Shown here in pieces: positions 19,311-29,721 of a DNA stretch of 64,000 nucleotides; within the stretch, counting starts at the first letter, position 1; every line of letters starts with the position of its first letter. The position numbers and the translations under genes were made by a program. The notes beneath the pieces are model-generated. The model was not told where the DNA came from. It saw nothing but the letters and a program-made list of their open reading frames with translations, and did not search any database. This DNA comes from Cyanidioschyzon merolae (lineage: Eukaryota), in assembly GCA_000091205.1 (NCBI GenBank), contig AP006499.2, one strand, 5' to 3'.

Positions 19311-22300
19311 TAGGAACGCTTCCGTCTCTCAGACGCTTCATTGTTCCCGCGATTCAGCTCCATCTCCGCCTTGGGTTCGAGCTCTCGGTCTAGGTGCACG
19401 AAATAGCGCATAATTAGGGGATATCATCATTTTTTCACCTTTTTTCATATCTGATACCTTTTCTGCTGGGTTGACCGGCCTCAAGGGTGCACGGTGCTCA
19501 TGAATAGTCGCACGGATTATAGAATCCTCATTCGTGCACCTGCGTGATGTCTTCTTGTCGACGAACTCGATCTCCTGTTCAAGCTGGCGATCGTCCGTCA
19601 TCCCATTGGTGATGGCCCATCTTTCCTTCGCGAGAGAGACCCGGTTGGAGTGCAAACACGGCGCATATCATGAAGCCCTGGAGGTTCATGGTTAAACGGT
19701 CTCCAAGTTCGTTAGGTACCGCATGGCCCCGTGGGTGTAAATATTCCAGTCCCTCTGCATCGAGTACCGTAGAAGCTGTAGAAGGGATGCTTTTCGTGGA
19801 GGGCATGCACCCGCTCATTTCCCCTCGAGGTTTCCCCTGTGGCGAGCACCAGGTGGCGGAGAAGGGTCCTGCTGAAAAATTCTTCCGGAACCTCGGCTGT
19901 TTCGATGTCGGCCACGTCTTCATTCATCTCCTTCACCAAATGCATTAGCCCTGACGAAGCCTTTATAACACTCATGGAGTAAGACGCAACACGGTTTCTG
20001 GGAGTCTCTTGCAACGCTTCCTTGGACGGATGCTTGATATGTATAAGATGGCAGGCTTTGACAACCATCACGTCGTTGTGCCGTCTTTCTTGCAGCCTTT
20101 GACGTCGGGCCTCCTTCATTCGCTTCTTTGTCTCGTCCTGTTCCTCTTCGCACTGGACTGTGTGTTCGTTTGTATCCGCCAGCTGGCGACACTGGGCCTC
20201 CAGGAGCCTCCACTTTCACTCGCATAACTTTCCTTTTTAGTTTTTTTTCTGAGAAAGAACGCACTTTGAATGCTTCAGGTATAAACAGCGAAAAATCACT
20301 TGAATACACTTACTTGAGGGTTGGAATACGATTGAACTGAAAAGCATACTTTGCTACGACTTCAATGCAAATACACCGCGTGCAGCAGAACAACACGCTC
20401 TTGATACCGATCGCGTTTCCGTTCAAGAGCAGCATGCGCGAAGTGTCTCGTGTAACTGGCTGATGTCTCTGGTGCACGTGTCCAGCCCCCTACAGAAAAA
20501 AAAACAGAGACTCACGACTAACTGGCAACGATATGACAATTTCTTTCCCCCCTCTAAGGTAAACGTTAAAAGGCGAAAAGGTTTCCATATTGTCGAAAGT
20601 TTATTTTATAGGCGAAACGTCCCGCGAGCCGGACGTGTCTGCCAGACCAGTGCTTCATGCGACCCCAGTGGAAGGTGCTTGCTGGAAACCCGAGCAACTC
20701 GTGCGAAATGCAGTTTATTATGGGACTAGGAGCGGGTATGCTGCGTCAGGGCGTCGGCCTGGTCGCAGTTATCTCCTTACATATCGCTTGGCGCTGCCGC
20801 AGGCACTAGGTCTGTCTGCAGAGCTTGCAGGCTCCCAGAAAGATTATGTACTCTGGCGCTGTATCGGGAAAAGCGCTCCTCGATTGGACGCCCTCTGTGG
20901 TACGGTAACGCGGTTTTGTCTCCGCGATCCATCTGTTCCAGCGGTTTAGGCGCCACTACGGGTGCTCATGGTAGGTACTCGCGCTCGCTAGAACGTAAAA
21001 ACCGACCAGTATGTCCGCGATGAAGCATAGGTAATGTAACTTGGGAGTAGGGAGTTTGATGGATACTTCAATGCGCACTGAAAAAAATAGGAAAAGAAAA
21101 AGCGCATAATCGGCGAACGCTGGCCAATGTCAACGTTTTGTCAATTAAAAAAATCTGCGAATACCTGACCACAACGAAATGGCACCGATGCGACGGGCGC
21201 GCTCAGTTTCCACCCCGAAAAGACGGGAATGACAAGCGCTGCACAAACCGCAACGACCGCTTGTGCGTGATACGTATGAGCAAGAGCCTGGAGCAGTGAG
21301 ATAGGGACCTGGACGCTGCCATCAACATTCTTCGACTGCTGCGAATGAAGCTGGAGTCAAAACGAGAGACCAACGAATTAAAAACCGGAGGTATGAGGGA
21401 GCGAAAGGAGGCTATTGCAGAAAAGGTCCACAAATCCAAAGTATCAATGACTACAGGAAGAGACCAAAACTCTAGCGTGCGCACCCGAGTGAGTAACGCG
21501 GAACCTTCCATGGTAGTCTGCCGTGGGTACCGGGGAGCCCCGTGTCCATCGCGAGACACTCTCGCAGAGCGTCCGCCTTGTTTTCGGAGGAAGCAGGCGG
21601 AAAAGCGGCAACGCCATGCAAGCCTCGTTATGGCGGTCACGTCGCGGGAACATACACACAGCAATGACCCAGCAGTCACGTGCCGTCCGCGGAACCTTCC
21701 GCCAAGGCAGCCACGTTCGAGTGTGGCCATCACGAACGAGCGCTGCAACTCGGGCACGATGACGGCATCCAGTGGGCACAACGGCCATTCACACCCAGTC
21801 TGCGTTTCGCGTTACTTCTGAGGCCTGGAATGGAGTCGAGCTCAGTTCCCCGGAGGCCAATGGAAATCGACTATTCGGCGGATTTCCGGTCCCGCGAGTA
21901 TTGGTCCTACACCACAAGAAAATCGCCATGAGCGCTCCGACGCTCAACCGTATCCCCCTCGTGGGCTCTGTCGGAGCCCTGAGGCACACAACCGGACACC
22001 CGAGTTCTGACCCAGCCACCGGGCAGCTTGGACGGCAAACGCTCAGCGAGCTTAACGCATCGCATCGCTCTGACGACCACATGCACATCAAGCTGGATGC
22101 AACCGAAAACGAAATGCGTGAAACGCCTACTCATGGCGTTCAGGGGATCCCAACGACCACGACGCGGAAGCGACGAAGCGCTCCGCAATCCGGTCGCGTT
22201 TCCGACACATCTGCAGTAAACTTAGGAATCATCGTCGTTTACGCGTATTGCGAACCCGATATGTCAGTATAATTCCGTCCTTCTGATGCCGCTGCGATCA

Positions 22301-22438
22301 CGTTAGAGGTACCGGGAGACACCGTCCATGGCTCCAAACGTCCACAGGCAGCGTGCAAGAAGCGTGAGCTTCGCCGGAGTGCGCACACTCGCCACCACGA
22401 GTACCAACGCCGCTGTGTTGGGTGTTCGTGTCGTACGC

Positions 22439-22963
22439 TTACGGCACGAGCTCGGGCAGATTCTCCGTCAGGAACTGGGTAAGTGCGGGTTTGCCTATAG
22501 CCCCTTCGTGTCGCGCAACAACATCCCCTTTTTTCATGAGAATTAGGGTTGGAAGCCCTGAAATGCCGTACCGAGTCAAGAACTTGGGGTTCGTATCCGT
22601 ATCCAATTTGTATACCTTCATCTTTCCCGAAAATTCGTTCGCCGCCCAGTCGATCAACGGCGCAATCAGCTTGCAGGGCCCGCACCACTCCGCGTAAAAG
22701 TCTACCAAGACAGGCACATCCGCCTGAAGCACCTCCGATTCAAACATATCATCCGTTAGAGTCGGCGCTTTGCAGACCAGAGTGCGCGCCGAGCCAGCTA
22801 CTCGCCTCTTCTCAAAAGCAGGTACACGACGCGAAGCCCAGCGTTGGCGCTGCGACTGGTTTCGCACCACTGGACAGTGCGAGCTCATCGGCCGTGAGCA
22901 CACTGCTCGCGTACCAGCGTTCCTTCCGCTTGGAGAACTTGGTGCGTTGCCTATGACGAACAT
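22439..22963 (-). CDS. Thioredoxin with a ~70-aa Ser/Arg-rich organellar targeting-like N-terminal extension
   Basis: VPVLVDFYAEWCGPCKLIAPLIDWAANEFSGKMKVYKLDTDTNPKFLTRYGISGLPTLILMKKGDVV carries the canonical WCGPC active site and thioredoxin fold blocks. The ATG start was verified. Confidence 0.85.
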   Translation of the reverse strand: MFVIGNAPSSPSGRNAGTRAVCSRPMSSHCPVVRNQSQRQRWASRRVPAFEKRRVAGSARTLVCKAPTLTDDMFESEVLQADVPVLVDFYAEWCGPCKLIAPLIDWAANEFSGKMKVYKLDTDTNPKFLTRYGISGLPTLILMKKGDVVARHEGAIGKPALTQFLTENLPELVP

Positions 22964-24323
22964 TCTCGAGAAGTGAACTGTTTACCTCGACGCGTGCAGA
23001 GGCGCGTTCAGCGGCTCACGATTCAGAGCCTACACACAACGCAGAAGACCCGCGGAGGCGGACGACGAGGAGGAAGGGTTCCAGGTCGAGAATCCGCGCG
23101 CTCGGCGGATGCGACGCCTCTTTGCGAGCGCGCCTCGTCAGCCGTGCTCGAAGTGCTTTTGCCGATAACGAAGTGTTTACATTGACCACTGGATCCCAGA
23201 TTATGGGGTGTGTATTACGATTCATGTAGTCGTCCACCATGATGCATCATACCTCCCAGTTCCGTTTCCTGTTTTCGGATGTACCGGTCGTTTTGTACAG
23301 TCTATTGTGCGGCGAGTGCCAGCCGTGCGTTATCCGCCTTGGCGCCTGAACACTGCTGGCGCGGATCCGTCTCGGAGACAGAAGGGCCTAGCCATACCAC
23401 TGAGCGCGTCGGCTCGAAAGGTCGTTCACTAGTCACAGAATTAGGATTCTTTATCGTTCTGGGAGCCTGCAAGCTGCGCAGAGAGACGTACTGGCTGCGG
23501 CAGCGTGTAGCGATATACTGGGAGACCACTGCGACCAGGCCGACGCCCCGACGCTCCCTAACTGCCCTAGTCCCAGAATAAACTGCGCTGCGGACGAGTT
23601 GCTCAGTTGCCACTACAGCACGCGCCACTGCAGCGCCGCATGAAGCACGATCCGAGCAGACTCGTCCGGCTCCCGGGGCCTTCCGCCCATGAGGTAAATT
23701 GTCGACAATGCGGAAAACTTTTCCCCTATTTGGAGTTTACCGTAGAACAGGGAAAGAAATCGTAATCTCATTCCTAGCTACTGATTCGTTTCTCTTTTTT
23801 GTTTTCTATAGCGCGCGCTCGATACGCGCATTTACGTATCTGATAGACTTGAGATATGACGCCACAGAGTCTATGACGTTTCGATCTTGCACTGGGAAAA
23901 GCTTCGGTGCATTTCACACTGCAGGCGCACCCGCTCTCGGTGTCACGTTTCAGGGCAGGGTTGCGGTGCGGCTCACGTCGCCGCGTCTGTTTTCTGCAGG
24001 CGCAGCACGAGGTACCTGCGGAACCCCATAATGGATAATTCTGGACCGCTGGTGAGCCCGCATAACGCAATACCTCTACCAACTGGCACGGATCCGATGG
24101 GTATGCCTAGAACACTGCGAACAGTTGAACTCGTCGTTGCCATGTGCTCGAGCGATGCCCCCGGTATCAGCTTCTTTCCATGCCTGGAAACGTGATCGCA
24201 AGAGGCGGGCCATTGATGCCACGAAATCGGGGTCTCTGGTGGGACAGGCTGCTGTCGTATAGCGCATCGTACCCAGAAAACGCGTATGGGCATGGACATG
24301 CCTCTATGACTGCGTTCCTCATT

Positions 24324-24360
24324 GTGTGTGTGTGTGTGTGTACCTGCCTGCCTGCCTGCC
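24324..24360. repeat. Compound microsatellite (TG)9 followed by (CCTG)4
   Basis: tgtgtgtgtgtgtgtgtgtacctgcctgcctgcctgcc read directly. Confidence 0.85.
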
Positions 24361-24649
24361 TACTTGCGTACTTGCTTGCGTGCCCTACAGACCGTCCATG
24401 CATACGCTGCTTGGACGCACGATGGCGCACACACTGGACAACAGTCGCACGTGGAATCCACTCCCGCCGAGGTCAGTCCAGACGCAAGACGTATCTGGTC
24501 GAGCTGGTATCGCGCACACCCCGTGTATAACGTTCGTTGCGCTTGTCCAGCATGCGTCGACTCTGGACGCGAGCAGTGAAGTTTATCGTGCGGCGCAATA
24601 CGCGTTCACGGAATTTGCCGTTCGAAGCGTAAGACTTTCCAAGCCGTTT

Positions 24650-26488
24650 TTACTTGCCGCGCTTCTTTCGTTTATCCACGATCTCGGCGAGATGCGCGGG
24701 AACATGGTACGTACCCGTGAGCAACTCCACAACCTCATCCGCGAAAGAGCCCTGCAAGGTGACTTCGGTGTCAGGGATCCCGCCTTTCTTGGCGCTTCCT
24801 GCGATTTCCGACACGGTTGCTGCTGCGGCAAAACGCCGCTGGGCATCGGCGGCAAACTGCTGGTCGTCAATACCGTACACGCGCATGCGCTGAATACGGG
24901 TGATATGCTTGCGACCTCCCTGGCGATCCTCGACGATAACTTGTATTGGTTTCACACGTCCGCGTTGCAGTTTGCCATCACGACCGATACGGTGCCAGAT
25001 CTCCATGCTTTCCAGCATTCGATCGAAAAGTTCACGGAAGGGCAGTTGCCGCGGTGAACCGGTCGGTGCGCATTGCAGAAACGAGCAGAGATCCTCATTC
25101 ATCTCGACGATGTTCCTGGGGCGCTCGAGTCCATGAGCACGTACGTAGTGTTCAAGCAGCTTGAACAACTGGTCGCTTTGGAAAAACTCAGCGCCCTGGC
25201 TGGTGTCAGCGACAGCGTCCATCACCGAGGGCATCCCAGCAGCGAGTGCCTCGAGGAATGCTCTCTGGTGGGGTTTCGCTTTGAACCATTCCTCGACGTG
25301 AATGACTCGTTCCGTTTCAGCCAGTGACTGCGATTCCCGTGTTTCCGATGCGCTAAACGCCGCGCTATTATGGGACTCGAACGACTGCAAAAGTTCGTGG
25401 TTGCGATCAACCTCAACAATGAGGATGGCACCGCGCTGTTCCTTCGTTTTGATCAGCTTCCGCTTCACCATCGCTTTGAGAAATGCTCCTAGCTTCTTAT
25501 ATGAGGTCGCTTTCAGATCTAGGGCAGTGCCTGCCGGGCGACTTGGCACCACGAACTCAGTGTAAAACTTGCTCGCGTCAATGGGTAGCGCGAGACTGGG
25601 GTGAATTTTCAGCGCTTGCAAAAAGCTCTGGATCAACAACTGATCCGGTTCTACATCGAGAGCGCGTTCGTTCTCCGTCTCAGCTGTGTCGATAATGTGC
25701 TGCGCTTCAAGGTCTTGCGCCACTTCATCGATAGCATGGTTTGCATCCACCGTGGATGAGGCACTCGTTGTGGCGGCGTTATCGTTCCTGGACGGAGGCG
25801 GCGCCTCACCCGCTTTCATGGTGGACGTCTCCAGGCCCGCTTCCTCGCCGCCGGCATTGCGGTCGTTGTCGTCGTCGTCGTCGTCGTCGCCAGGCACTGC
25901 CTCAACGACCTCACCCAAGATAAAGCCACGATTCGGGACTGCTTTCGAACCGTACTCCCAGAGCGCATCGCCAAAAAAGTGCTCTACTGCAAGCACTTTT
26001 CCTTTGGTGTTCTTGTCCGCGCTATCCGAGCCGATCAGTGTCGTCCCAACGGCGAGCGCACACGGGTTGCCCCGCACGCGTACCGCGATTACTTGGGTGG
26101 CACGCCAGGTTAGCGCTGGGTCATCACGAAAAACGCCAGGAAGCATCAGATCGGCACCGCCCAGGAGAAACTTGCTAACTTGAGAGATGGTCTCGAGTGC
26201 GGGCCAGCGCCGCACCTTCCACAGCGTGTATACCGTTGGGTAGTAGAGCGATGAGCGCGCAGGTTGAAACAGCACCGGATCCTGCTCCACGACGTAGACG
26301 CTTGCCTTGGGCGTCGAACACTTGACCAGAATGATGTTTTTAGACTTTGAGTGCGGTAGGATTTGGTCGACCTCCTCTTCCGTTATCCAGTGCGCTTCTT
26401 GGAGCAGAAGCTCCTGGCGCAGTTTCCGCACATCGGATGATCGTACTGGGTTGCTCGTCGAAACTTCAAGGCGTTTCCATGCACCCAT
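24650..26488 (-). CDS. EIF2D: Translation initiation factor eIF2D/ligatin-like (N-terminal PUA-containing region, C-terminal SUI1 domain)
   Basis: The N-terminus MGAWKRLEVSTSNPVRSSDVRKLRQELL...ILVKCSTPKASVYVV resembles the ligatin N-terminal domain. The C-terminus RIQRMRVYGIDDQQFAADAQRRFAAAATVSEI...KGGIPDTEVTLQGSFADEVVELLTGTYHVP is SUI1/eIF1-like. An internal D7 run arises from a (GTC)n tract at 25862..25889. Confidence 0.7.
   Translation of the reverse strand: MGAWKRLEVSTSNPVRSSDVRKLRQELLLQEAHWITEEEVDQILPHSKSKNIILVKCSTPKASVYVVEQDPVLFQPARSSLYYPTVYTLWKVRRWPALETISQVSKFLLGGADLMLPGVFRDDPALTWRATQVIAVRVRGNPCALAVGTTLIGSDSADKNTKGKVLAVEHFFGDALWEYGSKAVPNRGFILGEVVEAVPGDDDDDDDNDRNAGGEEAGLETSTMKAGEAPPPSRNDNAATTSASSTVDANHAIDEVAQDLEAQHIIDTAETENERALDVEPDQLLIQSFLQALKIHPSLALPIDASKFYTEFVVPSRPAGTALDLKATSYKKLGAFLKAMVKRKLIKTKEQRGAILIVEVDRNHELLQSFESHNSAAFSASETRESQSLAETERVIHVEEWFKAKPHQRAFLEALAAGMPSVMDAVADTSQGAEFFQSDQLFKLLEHYVRAHGLERPRNIVEMNEDLCSFLQCAPTGSPRQLPFRELFDRMLESMEIWHRIGRDGKLQRGRVKPIQVIVEDRQGGRKHITRIQRMRVYGIDDQQFAADAQRRFAAAATVSEIAGSAKKGGIPDTEVTLQGSFADEVVELLTGTYHVPAHLAEIVDKRKKRGK
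25862..25889. repeat. (GTC)n microsatellite translated as poly-Asp in eIF2D
   Basis: gtcgttgtcgtcgtcgtcgtcgtcgtcg on the plus strand; it encodes PGDDDDDDDNDRN on the minus strand. Confidence 0.85.
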
Positions 26489-26671
26489 ACTTGGAGTCTC
26501 CTAAAAAGGCATTAGCGACAGGAGTCTGGCTTGCGATATCACAAAACGAGCTGTGAGTGTAGCAGCCGCAGATCCTTGTCCAGCGGTGGTGCGTCGCCCG
26601 CGCCGGCGACGTTTTCATTCGGTGGGCATCGCTGCTGTCGTGCGCTGCGTTTATGCGTCTAAGGAGTACGC

Positions 26672-28031
26672 CCATACCAGAAGTATACAGAATGGAGACT
26701 CTGACCGTACTCGGTCGCCAAAACGCTAGCATTCCGCTCTCCTTCTATCTATTTTCATCAACATCAGCCTGTGCGGGCTTTGAGTGCGACTGATTCCTGT
26801 CCCTCTCGCTGATCACTGGGCTTACAAATGCCGATGTCTGCATTCGCGTCAGCCGCGCTGCAGCAGTCGAGATACGGTGATGCCAGCGTTCGAGTCCGGC
26901 GTTCGCTGTTTCTGGTTCATCCGCAAGCACTGCATCCACAAGCGGTCGTTACGATCCGTGCGTTGCTGGCCATTTGGAGCCCACGTCTCTGGAGCTTCGG
27001 TGCGGCTGCCGCAGCGATGACGCCTGACTGCGTTCAGGTGCTTCCATGGGTCTGACGCCACACACGTGCTCCTTCGAGCACCGCCTCGTGGCACGTGAAC
27101 GCGCGCGTCATCGCTCCTTGCATGCCACTGACCGCTGCAAAAGGCTGCCTTGGATGCCGTACCCAAAGAGCACGGACTTGTTCTGGGCGATCGCCTTGGC
27201 GAGCACGCTATCGACTGCGTATGCAAGCGACCGCTGCCCCGTTCGACAGAGGATTTGCGGTAAGCGACGTCGTTCGGGATCAGGTATGTACCGGGGGCGG
27301 AATCCAGACTGGAGCGCACGCCCAGCAATGTCGATCGGTCTGCGCTCCCTTCTTCGTGCACAGCGGTGACACGCGCTCTGCTGGAAGCGATCGCTACGAT
27401 GCCTGACGTCCGACTCCAGGGCCCTTTGTAATGCAAACAAGGGAGACGAGCACTTGTGGGCGTATTTTCGCATGAGAGGTATGTTGCTGACGATGTTGCA
27501 TGGTGTGTTGTCGATGCCCACAGAGGGAGAGGGCAGGATTTGTCACTGGAGTGAAATCGATGATTTGACGGAACGCGTTCAGAGAGGGTTCGGTATGCGC
27601 TTGAGACGAAGCCTCACAGGCTCGCCGTCGACTTCTCCTTCACTCGCGGAGGCGGTGACCCGAATCGCCCCGCCCGCGAGTCGCCTCGCAACGGACGGAT
27701 CGGGAGCTTGGAGAACGCGGGATCGCAGGATGCTGTTCGTAAGGGAAGCGGAAGAGCAGAGGCTCGCACGCGTACAGCGGGTAACGAAAGCGGATACTGG
27801 ACAAACCATTCTGGATTGCGTCGCGAATGGTCTTGCTTCTAGTCACGTAACGAATTCCTGCTATGAAAGCGGTAGGAACTACTCCGAGGGTTATCACCGA
27901 AAATCCTAAAAGTGCATGCAAATCCCTGAGCCCCAATCGCTGCACGTGGAATGTCGATGCTATGCTTCTGAATAAAAAACTCGGTGAAAATCACGAGGCA
28001 GGAACAGAGCAAACAATTCAGTGTTCCATTT
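26672..28031 (+). repeat. 1.3-kb dispersed repeat family R, copy A (about 98-99% identical to copies at 40822..42194 and 49271..50658)
   Basis: The ORF-track peptides are identical or differ by 1-2 residues across the three copies (e.g. 26745..26939 = 40900..41094 = 50379..50573; the 195-aa ORF differs only at TYLIP/THLIP and LHTQS/LHSQS). Copy A diverges from B and C a few bases earlier at both ends. Confidence 0.85.
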
Positions 28032-28382
28032 TCACCTGGCGCAAAACTCGCGGTCGCTTTCAGACACTATCTCCGGCAAGCAACGAACAAGGCGAGTGTT
28101 TTCTATGGATCGTGCTGGCAAGTGACAGCGGTCTACACGATACCGTACGCTGAGGTATGCGTTCAGTCTCATTGAACACATCTCCTGGGACTCTCCGAAA
28201 GCATGTACAATGCCCAGGGCCAAGTCGACTTGTAAAAGATCTCTGCGGGCCAATATCCATCCCTAGAAACACGGCTCTCGTCGTGGTGCTTTTCCAGAGA
28301 GCCCCCCGCTTATCCCGAATGTCATTTCCCTCATCCCGAAAGCTGCGCGAACACATGGCGGAGCTTCCCAACGGGACCTTAT

Positions 28383-29285
28383 CTAGCGATCTGCATCCAA
28401 GTAGCAGCGGTGCGATGCGATGACAGCCTCCACAATGCGTTTCTCTATTTCCGTGTCCGACTCGGGACACTCGATTTCCTCCATTCGCCCGTTCTCCAGA
28501 ATCCATACCCTATGATGGCGTTCGTGCAGCAGGTTCGCAACCATGATATGGGCTCCGCTGCGGCTAGCAGTCAACTGTGCTCGTTCGTGCAAAGTCTCCA
28601 TACTGGTTTCGAGTTTGAAAGCAACGACAAACGCCTGTGGCGCCCAGAGCTCACGCAACAGGTCCAAAAGCTTTGGTGTGCAGCTCAACTTCAACACCAA
28701 CGCAGAGTCCGAGGTTCGCTTATGACTCTTGAAGTCTTCAAACCGCAGGTAAAAGTCGGAAACTGCCGCAGCCATGTACAGGATAGCATTGCGTTCGAAA
28801 ACAGCAGATGCACTCGCAATCAACTCCAAATACTGTGCGTACTCATAGACGGTGCAGAACGGCACTTCGAGAACTCGCTCCTCCTTGAGCGCGCGTTCGT
28901 ACTGCACAAGCGCTGCCTGCGCATCCGCCGTGACTCGGAAAGACGCAACCCCTTCCTTAATATGGCCCTCTGACACCAAAACAGTGACGGGATCCGTGAC
29001 GAGTTTCGCCAAGCGCCGCTGCAGCGGCCGTAACGAGCCCTCCCTATACAGAAAAACCACTGCGTACTCTGACTCCAGAAAGTATTCGGCTGAAGCAGCT
29101 CCTCGACGCCCTGTAGAAAAGTTGTCCAAAAACCGTACGGTATGCTTCTCCAACGGTACCGTGGTGCCTCCAGAACTCACCACCGCTAGGTTGCGCTGGA
29201 AGCGTCTCTGCCGCTCCAAAAAGTTGCGTATGCTGCTCTGGAGAGGCAGTTCTGCGACATAGTACGCAGTAAACGATGGATCCAT
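28383..29285 (-). CDS. PPCS: Phosphopantothenoylcysteine synthetase (PPCS / CoaB, DFP domain)
   Basis: NLAVVSSGGTTVPLEKHTVRFLDNFSTGRRGAASAEYFLESEYAVVFLYR matches the PPCS nucleotide-binding block (VRFIDNFSSGRRGA). Downstream, ...AAAVSDFYL... resembles the PPCS active-site region. The ATG was verified. Confidence 0.8.
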   Translation of the reverse strand: MDPSFTAYYVAELPLQSSIRNFLERQRRFQRNLAVVSSGGTTVPLEKHTVRFLDNFSTGRRGAASAEYFLESEYAVVFLYREGSLRPLQRRLAKLVTDPVTVLVSEGHIKEGVASFRVTADAQAALVQYERALKEERVLEVPFCTVYEYAQYLELIASASAVFERNAILYMAAAVSDFYLRFEDFKSHKRTSDSALVLKLSCTPKLLDLLRELWAPQAFVVAFKLETSMETLHERAQLTASRSGAHIMVANLLHERHHRVWILENGRMEEIECPESDTEIEKRIVEAVIASHRCYLDADR

Positions 29286-29721
29286 CGGTTCATATGAATC
29301 GTGTGGCTCAAGCCAGTAGCGGTACCAGACGAATCGCCGCTCTTTACGGGATCAGAGCACACCAACAAAGCCAGCCTTGCCGGGTATCGAAGCGCTTGGC
29401 GTCCGTAACGACGTCGCCAGTAACCCTTAATAACGCTACAGCATCCACTGGGTATCCTTGGCGCAATACCTACGAGTATTCTGCCTCTAACTGCTAAAGC
29501 AAGTGCTATATTCCAGGTGGCCAGGTTGCTTCTCGAGTTGCGGCAGCTGGGCGTCGAGCGTTCGGCCGCGACGTCCTTCGGGGCCGCCCCCCGCGCAGCA
29601 GCGCCGCTCTCCCGGTGGGCATGTCGTCACTGCGAGAGCCTTTGAACAGGTTGTTTTTCGTGGCTCTTCACTTTGATCCTTGACGAAAGGCGTCAGAAGA
29701 TCGCTCTACGGCAGCGGTACT

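Larger units (their letters stand above)
18000..20465 (-). mobile_element. Fanzor/TnpB-like (IS605 OrfB / OMEGA RuvC-nuclease family) DNA transposon, copy 1; its coding region is decayed
   Basis: Minus-strand translation gives, in the expected N-to-C order, a RuvC-I-like [10 protein letters not shown], then RLRMNLYCGKQRAFANFF, then LVVAYGAGRWKTQKGTTPAPP...VPLPIDEFRALY, then FVNRDFNAAINIRKC (RDxNAAxNI is the TnpB/Fanzor RuvC-III signature). The 5' end (20100..20465) and the 3' terminal motif (18041..18081) are shared with three shorter copies in this window. The region is AT-richer than its flanks. Confidence 0.7.

Noticed and set aside
26860-26900. tRNA-like T-loop sequence GTTCGAGTCC inside the 1.3-kb repeat
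   Set aside because: The flanking bases do not form a T-stem (positions 52/62 mismatch), and no acceptor or anticodon stems could be built. It is not a tRNA.
26849-27436. 195-aa ORF conserved (1-2 substitutions) in all three copies of the 1.3-kb repeat
   Set aside because: Its conservation simply reflects the ~99% nucleotide identity of very young copies. Both strands carry overlapping ORFs and no known domain is detectable, so there is no evidence that it is a gene.
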